The position numbers and the translations under genes were made by a program. Positions 8,653-16,665 of a DNA stretch of 31,657 nt are shown piece by piece. How positions within the stretch are numbered: position 1 is the first letter of the stretch; every line of letters starts with the position of its first letter. The notes under the pieces were generated by a model. The model had not been told where the DNA came from and ran no database searches. It saw only the letters and a program-made list of their open reading frames with translations. The stretch is from Myxococcota bacterium (GTDB taxonomy: Bacteria > Myxococcota > JACRCW01): positions 1 through 31,657 of the forward strand of contig JBFMGU010000121.1 in the NCBI GenBank assembly GCA_040752415.1, in the 5' to 3' direction.

Positions 8653-8669
8653 CCGGCACATGGCTTGCC
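8653..8669 (+). promoter_or_regulatory. Possible sigma-54 promoter (-24/-12)
   Basis: ccGGcacatggcttGCc: GG-N10-GC with GGCAC and TTGC, immediately upstream of the 8676/8682 start. Confidence 0.4.
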
Positions 8670-8675
8670 TTGGGG

Positions 8676-9926
8676 ATGGACATGCTCACCGTCCTCCTCG
8701 CCTCCGTCCTGTGTGCAGCTCCCGCCAACTCCCACGCCCCGCGCGCGGTGCTGGTCCTGCCGGTGATGCCGGGACCGCGGGTGGAGGCGGAGCACGTGCA
8801 GTCGGTGCGGAGCGCGCTGCGACGACGACTGGGCCGCGTGGAGGACGTGCGCTTCCTGGACACGGTGGAACAGAACGTGTGGGTGGTGCAGGGGAACGCG
8901 CACAGCGGCATCCGGTGTGACGACGTGGAATGCGCCGCGGAGCTGGGCCTGGCCGTGGGCGTGCCGGAGGTGCTGATGGGCTCCCTGGAGGGCGGGCAGG
9001 ACCAGTACGCGCTGCGCCTGGCCCGGGTGTCGACGAGGAGCATGAAGGTGCTGCGCGCGGCCCAACGGCACGTGAAGGTGGCGCCGGCCACGGCGGTGAC
9101 CCAGCCGCTCTCGGAGATGGTGGAGGAGCTCTACCCCTCGCTGGGCGGTTGCGCGGAGGGCGCGCAGCCCGTGGCGCGGCTCGGCGCGGTCTCCCGCGTG
9201 ACGTCGGAAGACACACCCCAGGTGAAGCCGCCGGTGCGGACCTATCCGCGCGCCCCCGACGTCACCTGGATGCTCCCGACGATTGCCGGGGTCACCTCCG
9301 CGTTGGCGCTGGCGGTGGTGATTGGCGGCGTGCCATTTGCGCTGTCGGCGGTGGTGATGCCGGCGGGCACGGCGTTCTGGTTGAACCACGGCATGGAGCT
9401 GATGGGCACCGGCCTCGACGAGCAGCGCGCCTGGGTCTTTGTCACGTTCCTGCTGCCGGCGTTGATTGGCCTGCCCATGGGACTGGCGGCGCCGGTGGCG
9501 GCCACCGCGGCGGCGTTTGGCGGCTGGTTCCTCCCCACGTGGTTGTGGCGTCGCAACAGCCCGGGCGTGGGCTGGGTGTTGGCCGCGGCGGTGCCCCCGG
9601 CGTTGTTGGGCGCGCTGGCGGTGGCGGGGCCGCTCTCGCTGGGCGGGCTGGCGGCAACGTCCTTCATTGCGCTGAAGGTCCCGGGTCTGGCCAACGTGGG
9701 CACCGTCCCGGTCATGCTGGGCGCCTACGCCGCGGCGTGGATGGGCGCCACCGCGCTCACGTACCTCACCGCGCTGGGCACGTTGGTGCTGCCCGCGGCG
9801 GCGGTGGGACTCGCGCTGTCACGGGATGATTCCCCGCTGCGCAAACCGGGCGAGGAGGAGCCGCTCCCGGTGGATGAGCTGTTGCAGGCGCTGGATGATG
9901 ATCCCCGTCGTCGACCGGTGCGGTGA
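8676..9926 (+). CDS. Membrane protein with CsgG/TolB-N-like N-terminal domain (CxxxxC motif) and multi-TM C-terminus
   Basis: Signal peptide MLTVLLASVLCAA; RAVLVLPV; RCDDVECAAELGLAVGVPEVLMGSL; several hydrophobic helices. Paralog of 19630 and 20853. Confidence 0.75.
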   Translation: MDMLTVLLASVLCAAPANSHAPRAVLVLPVMPGPRVEAEHVQSVRSALRRRLGRVEDVRFLDTVEQNVWVVQGNAHSGIRCDDVECAAELGLAVGVPEVLMGSLEGGQDQYALRLARVSTRSMKVLRAAQRHVKVAPATAVTQPLSEMVEELYPSLGGCAEGAQPVARLGAVSRVTSEDTPQVKPPVRTYPRAPDVTWMLPTIAGVTSALALAVVIGGVPFALSAVVMPAGTAFWLNHGMELMGTGLDEQRAWVFVTFLLPALIGLPMGLAAPVAATAAAFGGWFLPTWLWRRNSPGVGWVLAAAVPPALLGALAVAGPLSLGGLAATSFIALKVPGLANVGTVPVMLGAYAAAWMGATALTYLTALGTLVLPAAAVGLALSRDDSPLRKPGEEEPLPVDELLQALDDDPRRRPVR

Positions 9927-9979
9927 CTGGTGGGCGAGGCCGGTGGCTCTCGGGCCGTGCGTTGGCTAGAATGGCGTGC

Positions 9980-10159
9980 ATGGAATCCAGAACGCCGTCC
10001 ACCTTGACTCCCGCCCAGAAGCTGCGCGCGGTGCTACAGCTTCGCGAGTCGGCGATGGAGCTCAAGGCTGCATGGTTCCGGCTTCAGCACCCGGAGTGGT
10101 CCGAAGAGCAGGTCAGGCACGAAGTGCGCAAGGTCTTCATGCATGCCCGGGACGACTAA
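9980..10159 (+). CDS. Small antitoxin-like protein (MenA1/Rv0078B-like)
   Basis: LTPAQKLRAVLQLRESAMELKAAWFRLQHPEWSEEQV; overlaps the start of the downstream nucleotidyltransferase; TAGAAT at 9967-9972 lies 7 nt before the ATG. Confidence 0.7.
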   Translation: MESRTPSTLTPAQKLRAVLQLRESAMELKAAWFRLQHPEWSEEQVRHEVRKVFMHARDD

Positions 10160-10708
10160 CCTCTTCCTGCTCTTCACGAGACCGCTGGATGAAGCCGGCA
10201 TTCCGTACATGGTGACGGGATCGGTCGCGAGCACACTCTACGGCGAGCCGCGGTTGACACACGACATCGTCTTGTCGTCGACCTCAGCCGTTCCCAGGTC
10301 CCAGCATTGCTGGCCGCGTTCGACGAGCGACAGTTCTACGTTCCCCCAGAGGAGACCCTGCTGGAGGAAGTGCTCCGACCCACCCGCGGACACTTCAACC
10401 TCCTGCACCACCAGTCGGGATTCAAAGCCGACATGTACCTGGTCGGACGAGACGAGCTGCGCAGGTGGGGAATGGGACTGCGGCGACAGGTGTCGTTGGA
10501 TGATGCAACAGTGTGGGTTGCGCCACCCGAGTACGTGATCCTGCGGAAGCTGGAGTATTTCCGGGAAGGTGGCTCCGGGAAGCATCTCCGCGACATCCAC
10601 GCCATGTTGCAGTCCCTGGGGACAGGCCTCGACGTCGCCGAGGTGGAGCGGCGCGCCAAGAGACTGGGGCTGGAGCAGGAATGGCGGCGGGCGCAGAGCA
10701 GGTCGTAG
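10143..10708 (+). pseudogene. Nucleotidyltransferase toxin (MenT1/AbiEii-like), frameshifted
   Basis: First frame: YMVTGSVASTLYGEPRLTHDI; second frame continues LVVDL...FKADMY...VAPPEYVILRKLEYFREGGSGKHLRDI. One base missing at 10269/10270 (atc g-t ctt) would restore HDIDLVVDL. Confidence 0.8.
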
Positions 10709-10752
10709 TCTGGTCCGGATTCTGTTGCCGCTCGCCAACCCGTTGACAGTGT

Positions 10753-11361
10753 TCACGTCGCCAGCTGCGGCGCCAGGACCTGGAGCAGACGGCGACAGTG
10801 CTCCCGCGCCAGCGCCACCTCATCAAACGGGACCCGGTTCAGCGTGCCGTGGATGAACATCACCGCCAGGCCGTGCACGTGGACCCAGGCAAAAACCGCG
10901 TCGGAGAGGATGCCCTGCGCGTCGGTGGGCGGCCGCGCGCCCAGGTTGGTCACCGCGCGCAGCAGTCGCTGGAACGCCGGGTCCATCTCTTCCAATGGCC
11001 CGCAGCCTTCCGGGGGCTCGTGGTGGAAGATGATGTCGAACAGGGCGGGATGACGACGCGCAAAGAGCACGTAGCCCACGCCCGAGGCCACGAGCTGGTC
11101 GGCCGGGTTGTCCGGCGCCGCGGCCATCGCCTCGTGCATGGCCTGGTCCAGCAGGTGGGCCGCACGCTGCGCCAGCGCCAGGATCAGATGGTCCTTGCTT
11201 GGGAAGTGGTTGTAGGGCGCCGCGTGGGAGACCCCGGCACGACGCGCCACCTCCCGCAGCGACAGCTCCTCGAACGGCGTGGTGCGCAGCAGCTCCTCCG
11301 CGGCCAACAACAGCCGTTCACGGAGCTTCACATCATCAGCGCTGGCGCGGGGACGTGCCAT
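10753..11361 (-). CDS. TetR/AcrR family transcriptional regulator (WHG-type C-terminal domain)
   Basis: LSLREVARRAGVSHAAPYNHFPSKDHL HTH; GYVLFARRHPALFDIIF; AWVHVHGLA. Confidence 0.93.
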   Translation of the reverse strand: MARPRASADDVKLRERLLLAAEELLRTTPFEELSLREVARRAGVSHAAPYNHFPSKDHLILALAQRAAHLLDQAMHEAMAAAPDNPADQLVASGVGYVLFARRHPALFDIIFHHEPPEGCGPLEEMDPAFQRLLRAVTNLGARPPTDAQGILSDAVFAWVHVHGLAVMFIHGTLNRVPFDEVALAREHCRRLLQVLAPQLAT

Positions 11362-11420
11362 GCACTCCGCTTACCGACTCCCGCCGCCTCGCGCAATCCA
11401 CGACGCGGAACCACCATAAA

Positions 11421-11433
11421 TTGACAGTGTCAA
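11421..11433. promoter_or_regulatory. Palindromic operator TTGACAGTGTCAA (probable TetR site)
   Basis: Perfect palindrome 60 bp upstream of the tetR start; identical copy at 12326. Confidence 0.8.
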
Positions 11434-11453
11434 CATGGGAGGCAAAAAAAGGG

Positions 11454-11963
11454 TCAGTACACGTCGCGGCCGGTGTTGCGCAGTTTCTCCAGCGCCATCT
11501 CGTAGGTGAGCGGGAGGTCCTGGGCGCGGATCTCCCAGTGGATGACCACGCCGTCCTCCGACCAGGGGCCCATGGTCTCGATCGCGCGCATGTGCTCGTC
11601 GCTGGTGACGAAGTTGTACATGGCCTCCTCCGACTCCCACAACGAGATGGTCCAGTCCTCGTGCAGGTCGCCGGCGGTGCGGGTGCCGTAGCCCACGAAG
11701 CCGGGCAGGTCTCCACTCTCCAGCTTCTCGCGGATGGGCGAGAACACCTCGAGGAAGTGGCGGTGCGCCTCCGGGTCATCCTTCACCACGAGATGCGTGG
11801 CGGCGGCCACGAAGGTGGTGCGGGAGGGGTCCTTGGGGCGGTTGTGCTCGCGGTCCCAGCCCGGGCCGTCGAAGGGGTTGTCCAGGACCGGTTTGCCTTC
11901 CTGCATGGCGCAGGCGGTGACGACGAGAAAGAGGACGGCGGTGATGATGCGATGGGTGCTCAT
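11454..11963 (-). CDS. Lipoprotein with dimeric alpha-beta barrel (ABM/DUF3291-like) domain
   Basis: Lipobox VVTAC; PGFVGYG...WTISLWESEEAMYNFVTSDEHMRAI; ATGA overlap with upstream gene. Confidence 0.75.
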   Translation of the reverse strand: MSTHRIITAVLFLVVTACAMQEGKPVLDNPFDGPGWDREHNRPKDPSRTTFVAAATHLVVKDDPEAHRHFLEVFSPIREKLESGDLPGFVGYGTRTAGDLHEDWTISLWESEEAMYNFVTSDEHMRAIETMGPWSEDGVVIHWEIRAQDLPLTYEMALEKLRNTGRDVY

Positions 11964-12304
11964 GTGTGCTCCGGGTTGGGACGCACGATGCCGAACCACA
12001 GGTCCGTGAAGGTCCGGTCCATCCTGCGTGAGTGGAAATCCTGTCGACGTGCGAAACGCGTGATGCTGGCGCGCATCCCCACCCGGTGCTCACCGCCGAG
12101 GGTGGCCACCCAGACCTCCGAGCCGTCCTCGAGCTGGCATTGCACGTAGCGGTAGGGACCCGCGCTGAGGACCTGGCGGATGGTGCCGTGGTGCGTGGTG
12201 CTTACCGCGTCGCGGACAAAAGGCATGCCCGTGGACGTGGGCGCTTCCGTGCGCGCGCAGCAACCGAGAACCAACACCACCGCCACCACCAGGATCCGAA
12301 TCAT
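11960..12304 (-). CDS. Small OB-fold (NrfJ-like) lipoprotein
   Basis: Lipobox VLGC; GTIRQVLSAGPYRYV...VWVAT...DFHSRRMDRTFTDLWFG aligns by eye with domain 1 of 966-1748. Confidence 0.75.
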   Translation of the reverse strand: MIRILVVAVVLVLGCCARTEAPTSTGMPFVRDAVSTTHHGTIRQVLSAGPYRYVQCQLEDGSEVWVATLGGEHRVGMRASITRFARRQDFHSRRMDRTFTDLWFGIVRPNPEHT

Positions 12305-12310
12305 GCGCCC

Positions 12311-12339
12311 AGGATAGTCGCAAAATTGACAGTGTCAAT
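12311..12339 (-). promoter_or_regulatory. Sigma-70 promoter overlapped by palindromic operator ATTGACACTGTCAAT
   Basis: Minus strand: TTGACA (12338-12333), 16 bp, TATCCT (12316-12311), 6 nt, ATG 12304; palindrome 12325-12339. Confidence 0.75.
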
Positions 12340-12522
12340 GATGTGACTTGGTGGTCTGTTGGATGGTCAGAAAAATCCAATAAAGTCAACAAAGTGGAAG
12401 AAACGGCATCCTGGTCGTCGAGGTTGTCTCTGTCATGTTGTTGGTGCGGCGGTGAGCGTCCGGCTCGGATGTTGACAACGCGGTATCCCGGGGCTCGGAT
12501 GGCTTCCCCCGGGGAGATCACC

Positions 12523-13464
12523 ATGACCAAGATCCACAAGACCGATTTCGTGGGCCGGATGGATGGCAAGTCCATTGACGTGCGCGAGGCGCAGCGCAAT
12601 CCGCAGCTGGCGGAGGTGAACGTCGGTCGCGCGGACCTCAACCACGACGGAAAGATCAAGGGCACCGACGAGGCAGCGCAGCTCTTCAAGGAAGTGGACC
12701 GCTTTGATTCCGACGGCAGCGCGCACTCCATTGCCGCGCTCACCCCCGCCGGTACTCCCACCAAGGGCGCGCGCCTGTTGGACGTGCTCAGCGGCCACAT
12801 CAAGGCGGATGGCCCCACCAACGTGGGCGGCTCGTCGGGCGCCAACGGTGAGAGCGTGGTGCGCGCCGCCCGGATGCTGGTCACCGAGCGCGGACAGAAC
12901 TACGGCGTGGATGATCCCTGGTTCAACCTGGACCCCAACCACGCGCTCCCCGCCAACGTCTCGCTCGGCGGGCTGAAGGGACGGTGGAAGTGCAACCTGT
13001 TCGCGTGCAACACCGTCTACGCCGCGGGTTTCGAGCCGCCGTATTACAACAACCGTGGTCGCGGCGAGTATCCGAACGCCAACCAGCTCTTCAAGTGGAG
13101 CGACAAGTACGCCGGCCAGTACGGCAACAAGACGCACTTCAAGCTGATGGGTGAGCTGGACCCGCAGTCGCTCGAGGGGGAAGCGCGCGAGAAGGCCATC
13201 CGCGACCTGCTGAGGAGCGCGCAGCCCGGGGACCTCATCATCGTGGACCACATGGGCACCGACGTGGCTGACGGAGGGCACTGTCGCGTGCTGCTGGGGG
13301 GAGACCTGGGCGACGGCAGCGGCACCCTCCAGTGCGCGCAGGCCAGCTTTGACGCCGCCGCCATCAAGGATGAGACCGTGCACAGCTTCACCGGCGAGGA
13401 GCGCATCTGGATCCTGCGTCCCAACCGTCCGCGCGCGGCCAACGGCGGCCAGCCCATTGCCTGA
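12523..13464 (+). CDS. EF-hand-containing protein with C-terminal NlpC/P60/CHAP-like (papain-fold) domain
   Basis: RBS ggggag; DLNHDGKIKGTDE and DRFDSDGS loops; WKCNLFACNTVYAAG (Cys), AQPGDLIIV, GGHCRVL (His); no signal peptide. Confidence 0.75.
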   Translation: MTKIHKTDFVGRMDGKSIDVREAQRNPQLAEVNVGRADLNHDGKIKGTDEAAQLFKEVDRFDSDGSAHSIAALTPAGTPTKGARLLDVLSGHIKADGPTNVGGSSGANGESVVRAARMLVTERGQNYGVDDPWFNLDPNHALPANVSLGGLKGRWKCNLFACNTVYAAGFEPPYYNNRGRGEYPNANQLFKWSDKYAGQYGNKTHFKLMGELDPQSLEGEAREKAIRDLLRSAQPGDLIIVDHMGTDVADGGHCRVLLGGDLGDGSGTLQCAQASFDAAAIKDETVHSFTGEERIWILRPNRPRAANGGQPIA

Positions 13465-13571
13465 CGGCGCCGCGCTCTCCCCACATCCACCTCCTTGACA
13501 ACGCATCCGGCCGGGGCGTCTAGATACCCGCCCGACGGACGTCATCACCCGCGCGCCGGGAGGGGGACCGC

Positions 13572-14525
13572 ATGTTCACCATCCGCGAATTCAACTTCGA
13601 CACCAAGCATGAAGGGCCGGTGGAGCTGGAGGGCGCGGTCACCGCCATCAAGGAAGGCCGCTTTGTGTGGCTGGACATGGACGTGCGCGACCAGGACCCC
13701 GCGCGGGCCCACCATGCCATGGTCCAGTGTGGTGTCCCCGACGCCATTGCCCGCGACGCGCTGGCCGACGAGCCGGGTGGCAAGCTGAACGTGGGCGCCG
13801 CGGCGCTGCACCTGGTGATCACCGGCGGCAAGCTGACCGGCGAGAAGCTGACGCTGCAGCGCATGGACGTCATCTTCACCACCAACGTCATGGTGACGGT
13901 GCACCGCGGTGAGGTGGACACCTTCAACCGCATCCGCGCGGTCTACCGGGATGACTTCATCAAGTTCGCCAAGGGGCCCAGCTTCCTGGTGTTCGAGCTG
14001 TGGACGCACTTCCTGAGCAGCGTGGCCGCGCTGGTCAATGAGTTCTCCGACCGCGTCGACGACGCCAGCGCCGCGCTGGAAGGCGACGTCAACGTGGAGA
14101 CCTTTGCCCGCATCCGCGCGCTCTCCAAGGCCGTGCTCACCATGCACAAGCACGTGGTGCCCGCCCGCGACGCGCTGGACACCATGTCCACGCGCAAGAT
14201 GGTCTTCGTCAATGAGGCCACGCAGGGATTCCTCCTCAACATGGTCAAGACGCTGGAGCGCACCATGGAGGACCTCATGACCTGTCGCGAGGTGCTGGAG
14301 GACTCGCTGGACCTCTACATGTCACTGGTGGGCTTCAAGACCAACCAGGTCATGAGCAAGCTCACCGTGGTCACGTTTGCCAGCCTCCCGCTCTTCGTCA
14401 TCTCCAGCGTGGCCAGCGTGGTGGGCTTTGGCGCCGACGAGGCCACCCGCGCGCCCTTCCTGGGCACCCTGGGCGTGGCCACCATCTTCATCCTGTTCCT
14501 GATGCGTCACTGGAAGCTCATCTGA
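13572..14525 (+). CDS. CorA-family divalent cation transporter, atypical (no GMN motif)
   Basis: FVWLDM, VMVTVHR, long helical stalk, LDLYMSLVGFKTNQVMSKLTVVTFASLPL, two C-terminal TMs ending RHWKLI. Confidence 0.85.
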   Translation: MFTIREFNFDTKHEGPVELEGAVTAIKEGRFVWLDMDVRDQDPARAHHAMVQCGVPDAIARDALADEPGGKLNVGAAALHLVITGGKLTGEKLTLQRMDVIFTTNVMVTVHRGEVDTFNRIRAVYRDDFIKFAKGPSFLVFELWTHFLSSVAALVNEFSDRVDDASAALEGDVNVETFARIRALSKAVLTMHKHVVPARDALDTMSTRKMVFVNEATQGFLLNMVKTLERTMEDLMTCREVLEDSLDLYMSLVGFKTNQVMSKLTVVTFASLPLFVISSVASVVGFGADEATRAPFLGTLGVATIFILFLMRHWKLI

Positions 14526-15566
14526 TCAGGTCAGCAGCGCCGCGGTGAACGCCACCGCCGTGAGCAGCGGCAGCGCCAGGTAGCCGCGCGAGGAGAGCGC
14601 GGTGGCCCGGTCGCGGTCGTTGTGTTGCATCATGCGCATCAGCGCCACGGTGATGAGCAGGTTGGCGCCCACCGCCACGTAGGTTGCGGTCATGATCTTG
14701 TCGGTGAGCGTGAGGTAGCCCACCGGCGGAATGGTGTTGGTGAGCGAGACGTGGAACATCACCGAGGCAATCAGGATGCCGATGGCCATGGAGAGCCGGT
14801 TGTCGATCTTCTCCAGCGTCACCAGCATGGAGAGGAAGGTGATGATCACGAAGCAGAAGATGGGCAGGAAGGTCTTCAGCGTGGCGGGCAGCCGGATGCG
14901 CGAGATCTTCACGTTGAGGTGATACTGCGAATAGACCTCGTTGTAGACGGGATAGCTGTGCTCGATGACCGCGGGCGTGGCGCTGCGCAGGTCCCAGCCC
15001 ACGAACTTCACGTCGGGATCAATGCCGGTCTGCTTCTCATCCACCACGAACACCCAGTCACTGCTGGGACGCGTCTTGTGCTCCAGGATGATGGGCAGCA
15101 CCTGGTCATCCCAGGGGTATTCCTTGAGGTCGATGTTGGTGTTGAGGTTGGCCAGCACGCGGTAGAAGAGCTCCTTGCCACCGTCGAGGGTCTGCACCAG
15201 CTCCATGGTGGCGCGGCCGTTGGAGAACTCCACCCCCGCGTCGTCCAGCGGCTCGTCGCTCTTGAGGTTCAGGTAGAAGTCCACGGTGTAGCTGCCCGTG
15301 GAGATGTCAAACTTGCCGATGCTGAGGATGTACACGCCAATGGCCACCTTCTGCGGTGCGCTGCGCTGGGGCTCCTCCTTCTCCTCGAGCTTCTCCGCGG
15401 CGGAAGGTGCGGCGGCGGCGCCGGGCAGCACGTGCGCGGCGGGTTGCTTCTCCTCCGCCAACGAGAGCAGCGGCGCCAGCAGCCCCACGGCCAGCGTGGC
15501 TCCGACGAGAAGATGACCGGTGACGACGAGGGGACGATGCTTCCGCGAAAGGGAGCGCGTGCGCAT
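14526..15566 (-). CDS. Prokaryotic pentameric ligand-gated ion channel (GLIC/ELIC-like)
   Basis: KVAIGVYILSIGKFDISTGSYTVDFYL; Pro-loop LKEYPWDDQVL; GWDL; M1 TFLPIFCFVIITF; M2 RLSMAIGILIASVMFH; PPVGYLTLTDK; M4. Start reassigned to 15566. Confidence 0.88.
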   Translation of the reverse strand: MRTRSLSRKHRPLVVTGHLLVGATLAVGLLAPLLSLAEEKQPAAHVLPGAAAAPSAAEKLEEKEEPQRSAPQKVAIGVYILSIGKFDISTGSYTVDFYLNLKSDEPLDDAGVEFSNGRATMELVQTLDGGKELFYRVLANLNTNIDLKEYPWDDQVLPIILEHKTRPSSDWVFVVDEKQTGIDPDVKFVGWDLRSATPAVIEHSYPVYNEVYSQYHLNVKISRIRLPATLKTFLPIFCFVIITFLSMLVTLEKIDNRLSMAIGILIASVMFHVSLTNTIPPVGYLTLTDKIMTATYVAVGANLLITVALMRMMQHNDRDRATALSSRGYLALPLLTAVAFTAALLT

Positions 15567-15628
15567 GGAGCGAACCTTGTCGCGCCAGGGCCCAGGCACG
15601 CAAGGTCGCACCGCGGTCAGGTGCGCGC

Positions 15629-16381
15629 CTACACCTCCACGACAAGCTCCGAACGGAACCCGATCCCCGGGCGATGCGGGTAGCCGCGCGGGTTGCACAC
15701 CAGGCGGGTGCCGCGCACGCGGAAGTCCGAGGCCAGGTGGATGTGGCCGAAGATCCACGTCGACACGCGCGCGCCGTCCAGGAGGTGCTCCAGCCGGTTC
15801 ACGCTGCTGGTCACCACCGCGGGGGCGCGGGAGGGCCAATCCCGGAGCGCGGCGCGCACCGGCGCGTGATGCGTCACCACCACCGTGGCGCCGGGATGGG
15901 GCCGGGACAAGGCGTCCTCCAGGAAGGCGCGGTCCGCGGCGTGGAAGGCGCGGGTGTCGTCGGGAATCACCGGGGCGCCGCCCGCGCCGCGGATGTGCTC
16001 GTAGTCGCTCAGCGCTTCCCGCGCGGTGGCCATGGCGGCGGGGGCCATCACCTCGCCCAGCGCGTGGAAGTCGGTCCACAACGTGCAGCCCAGGAAACGC
16101 ACGCCGTCAATCGTCGTGGTGGCGCGGTCCAGCACGTGGATGCCCAGCGCCTCCCCGGCGGCGCGCAACACCGCGCGGACCTGCGGGTGCGTGCCACGGT
16201 AGTACTCGTGGTTGCCCGGCACGTAGATGACCGGCCGCCCACGCGCGTGTTGCGCGGCCCAGCGCAGGCCCTGCAGCCCCACCCCCACGTCACCGGCCAG
16301 CACCAGCACGTCGGCGTCGGTGCGCGCGGGCTCGTAGGGGCCGAACTCGAGGTGGACGTCGCTGAGGACCTGGAGGCGCAT
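15629..16381 (-). CDS. Calcineurin-like metallophosphoesterase
   Basis: SDVHLE, LAGDV, GNHEYY, VTHHAP, FGHIH, CNPRGY. Confidence 0.93.
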   Translation of the reverse strand: MRLQVLSDVHLEFGPYEPARTDADVLVLAGDVGVGLQGLRWAAQHARGRPVIYVPGNHEYYRGTHPQVRAVLRAAGEALGIHVLDRATTTIDGVRFLGCTLWTDFHALGEVMAPAAMATAREALSDYEHIRGAGGAPVIPDDTRAFHAADRAFLEDALSRPHPGATVVVTHHAPVRAALRDWPSRAPAVVTSSVNRLEHLLDGARVSTWIFGHIHLASDFRVRGTRLVCNPRGYPHRPGIGFRSELVVEV

Positions 16382-16665
16382 GCGTGACGTCGGTGTAACG
16401 GGTCATGGCCGGCGTGCCAACCGCAGTGGTCCGCTGGAGGCGGTACCAGATGGGCAATCTTGACGCAGCCCCCAACCTCCCACGTTGTTGAGCGGTACGG
16501 TTCGCCAGCCGTTACCATGCGCAGGCGGGGAAACCCCGAAGTCGTCCGGTTCCGGCACGGGCCGTCCATCTCGACGTGGCGGCAGGCGAAACAACCAACA
16601 AGCAGCGGGTGATGGCGCGGCTCGAAGGCGAGGGCGCGTCGCTGAAATCCAACGGGGGATCAATC

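Noticed and set aside
10143..10708. Programmed frameshift in the nucleotidyltransferase
   Set aside because: No slippery sequence at the junction, and the missing base removes a catalytic Asp codon; mutation or sequencing error is more likely.
13495..13526. TTGACAACG at 1760, 12472 and 13495 as sigma-70 promoters
   Set aside because: Perfect -35 hexamers but no -10 at 16-18 bp spacing; unsupported.
15567..16079. Long N-terminal extension of the ion-channel ORF
   Set aside because: Arg/Pro-rich off-frame read of the metallophosphoesterase gene.
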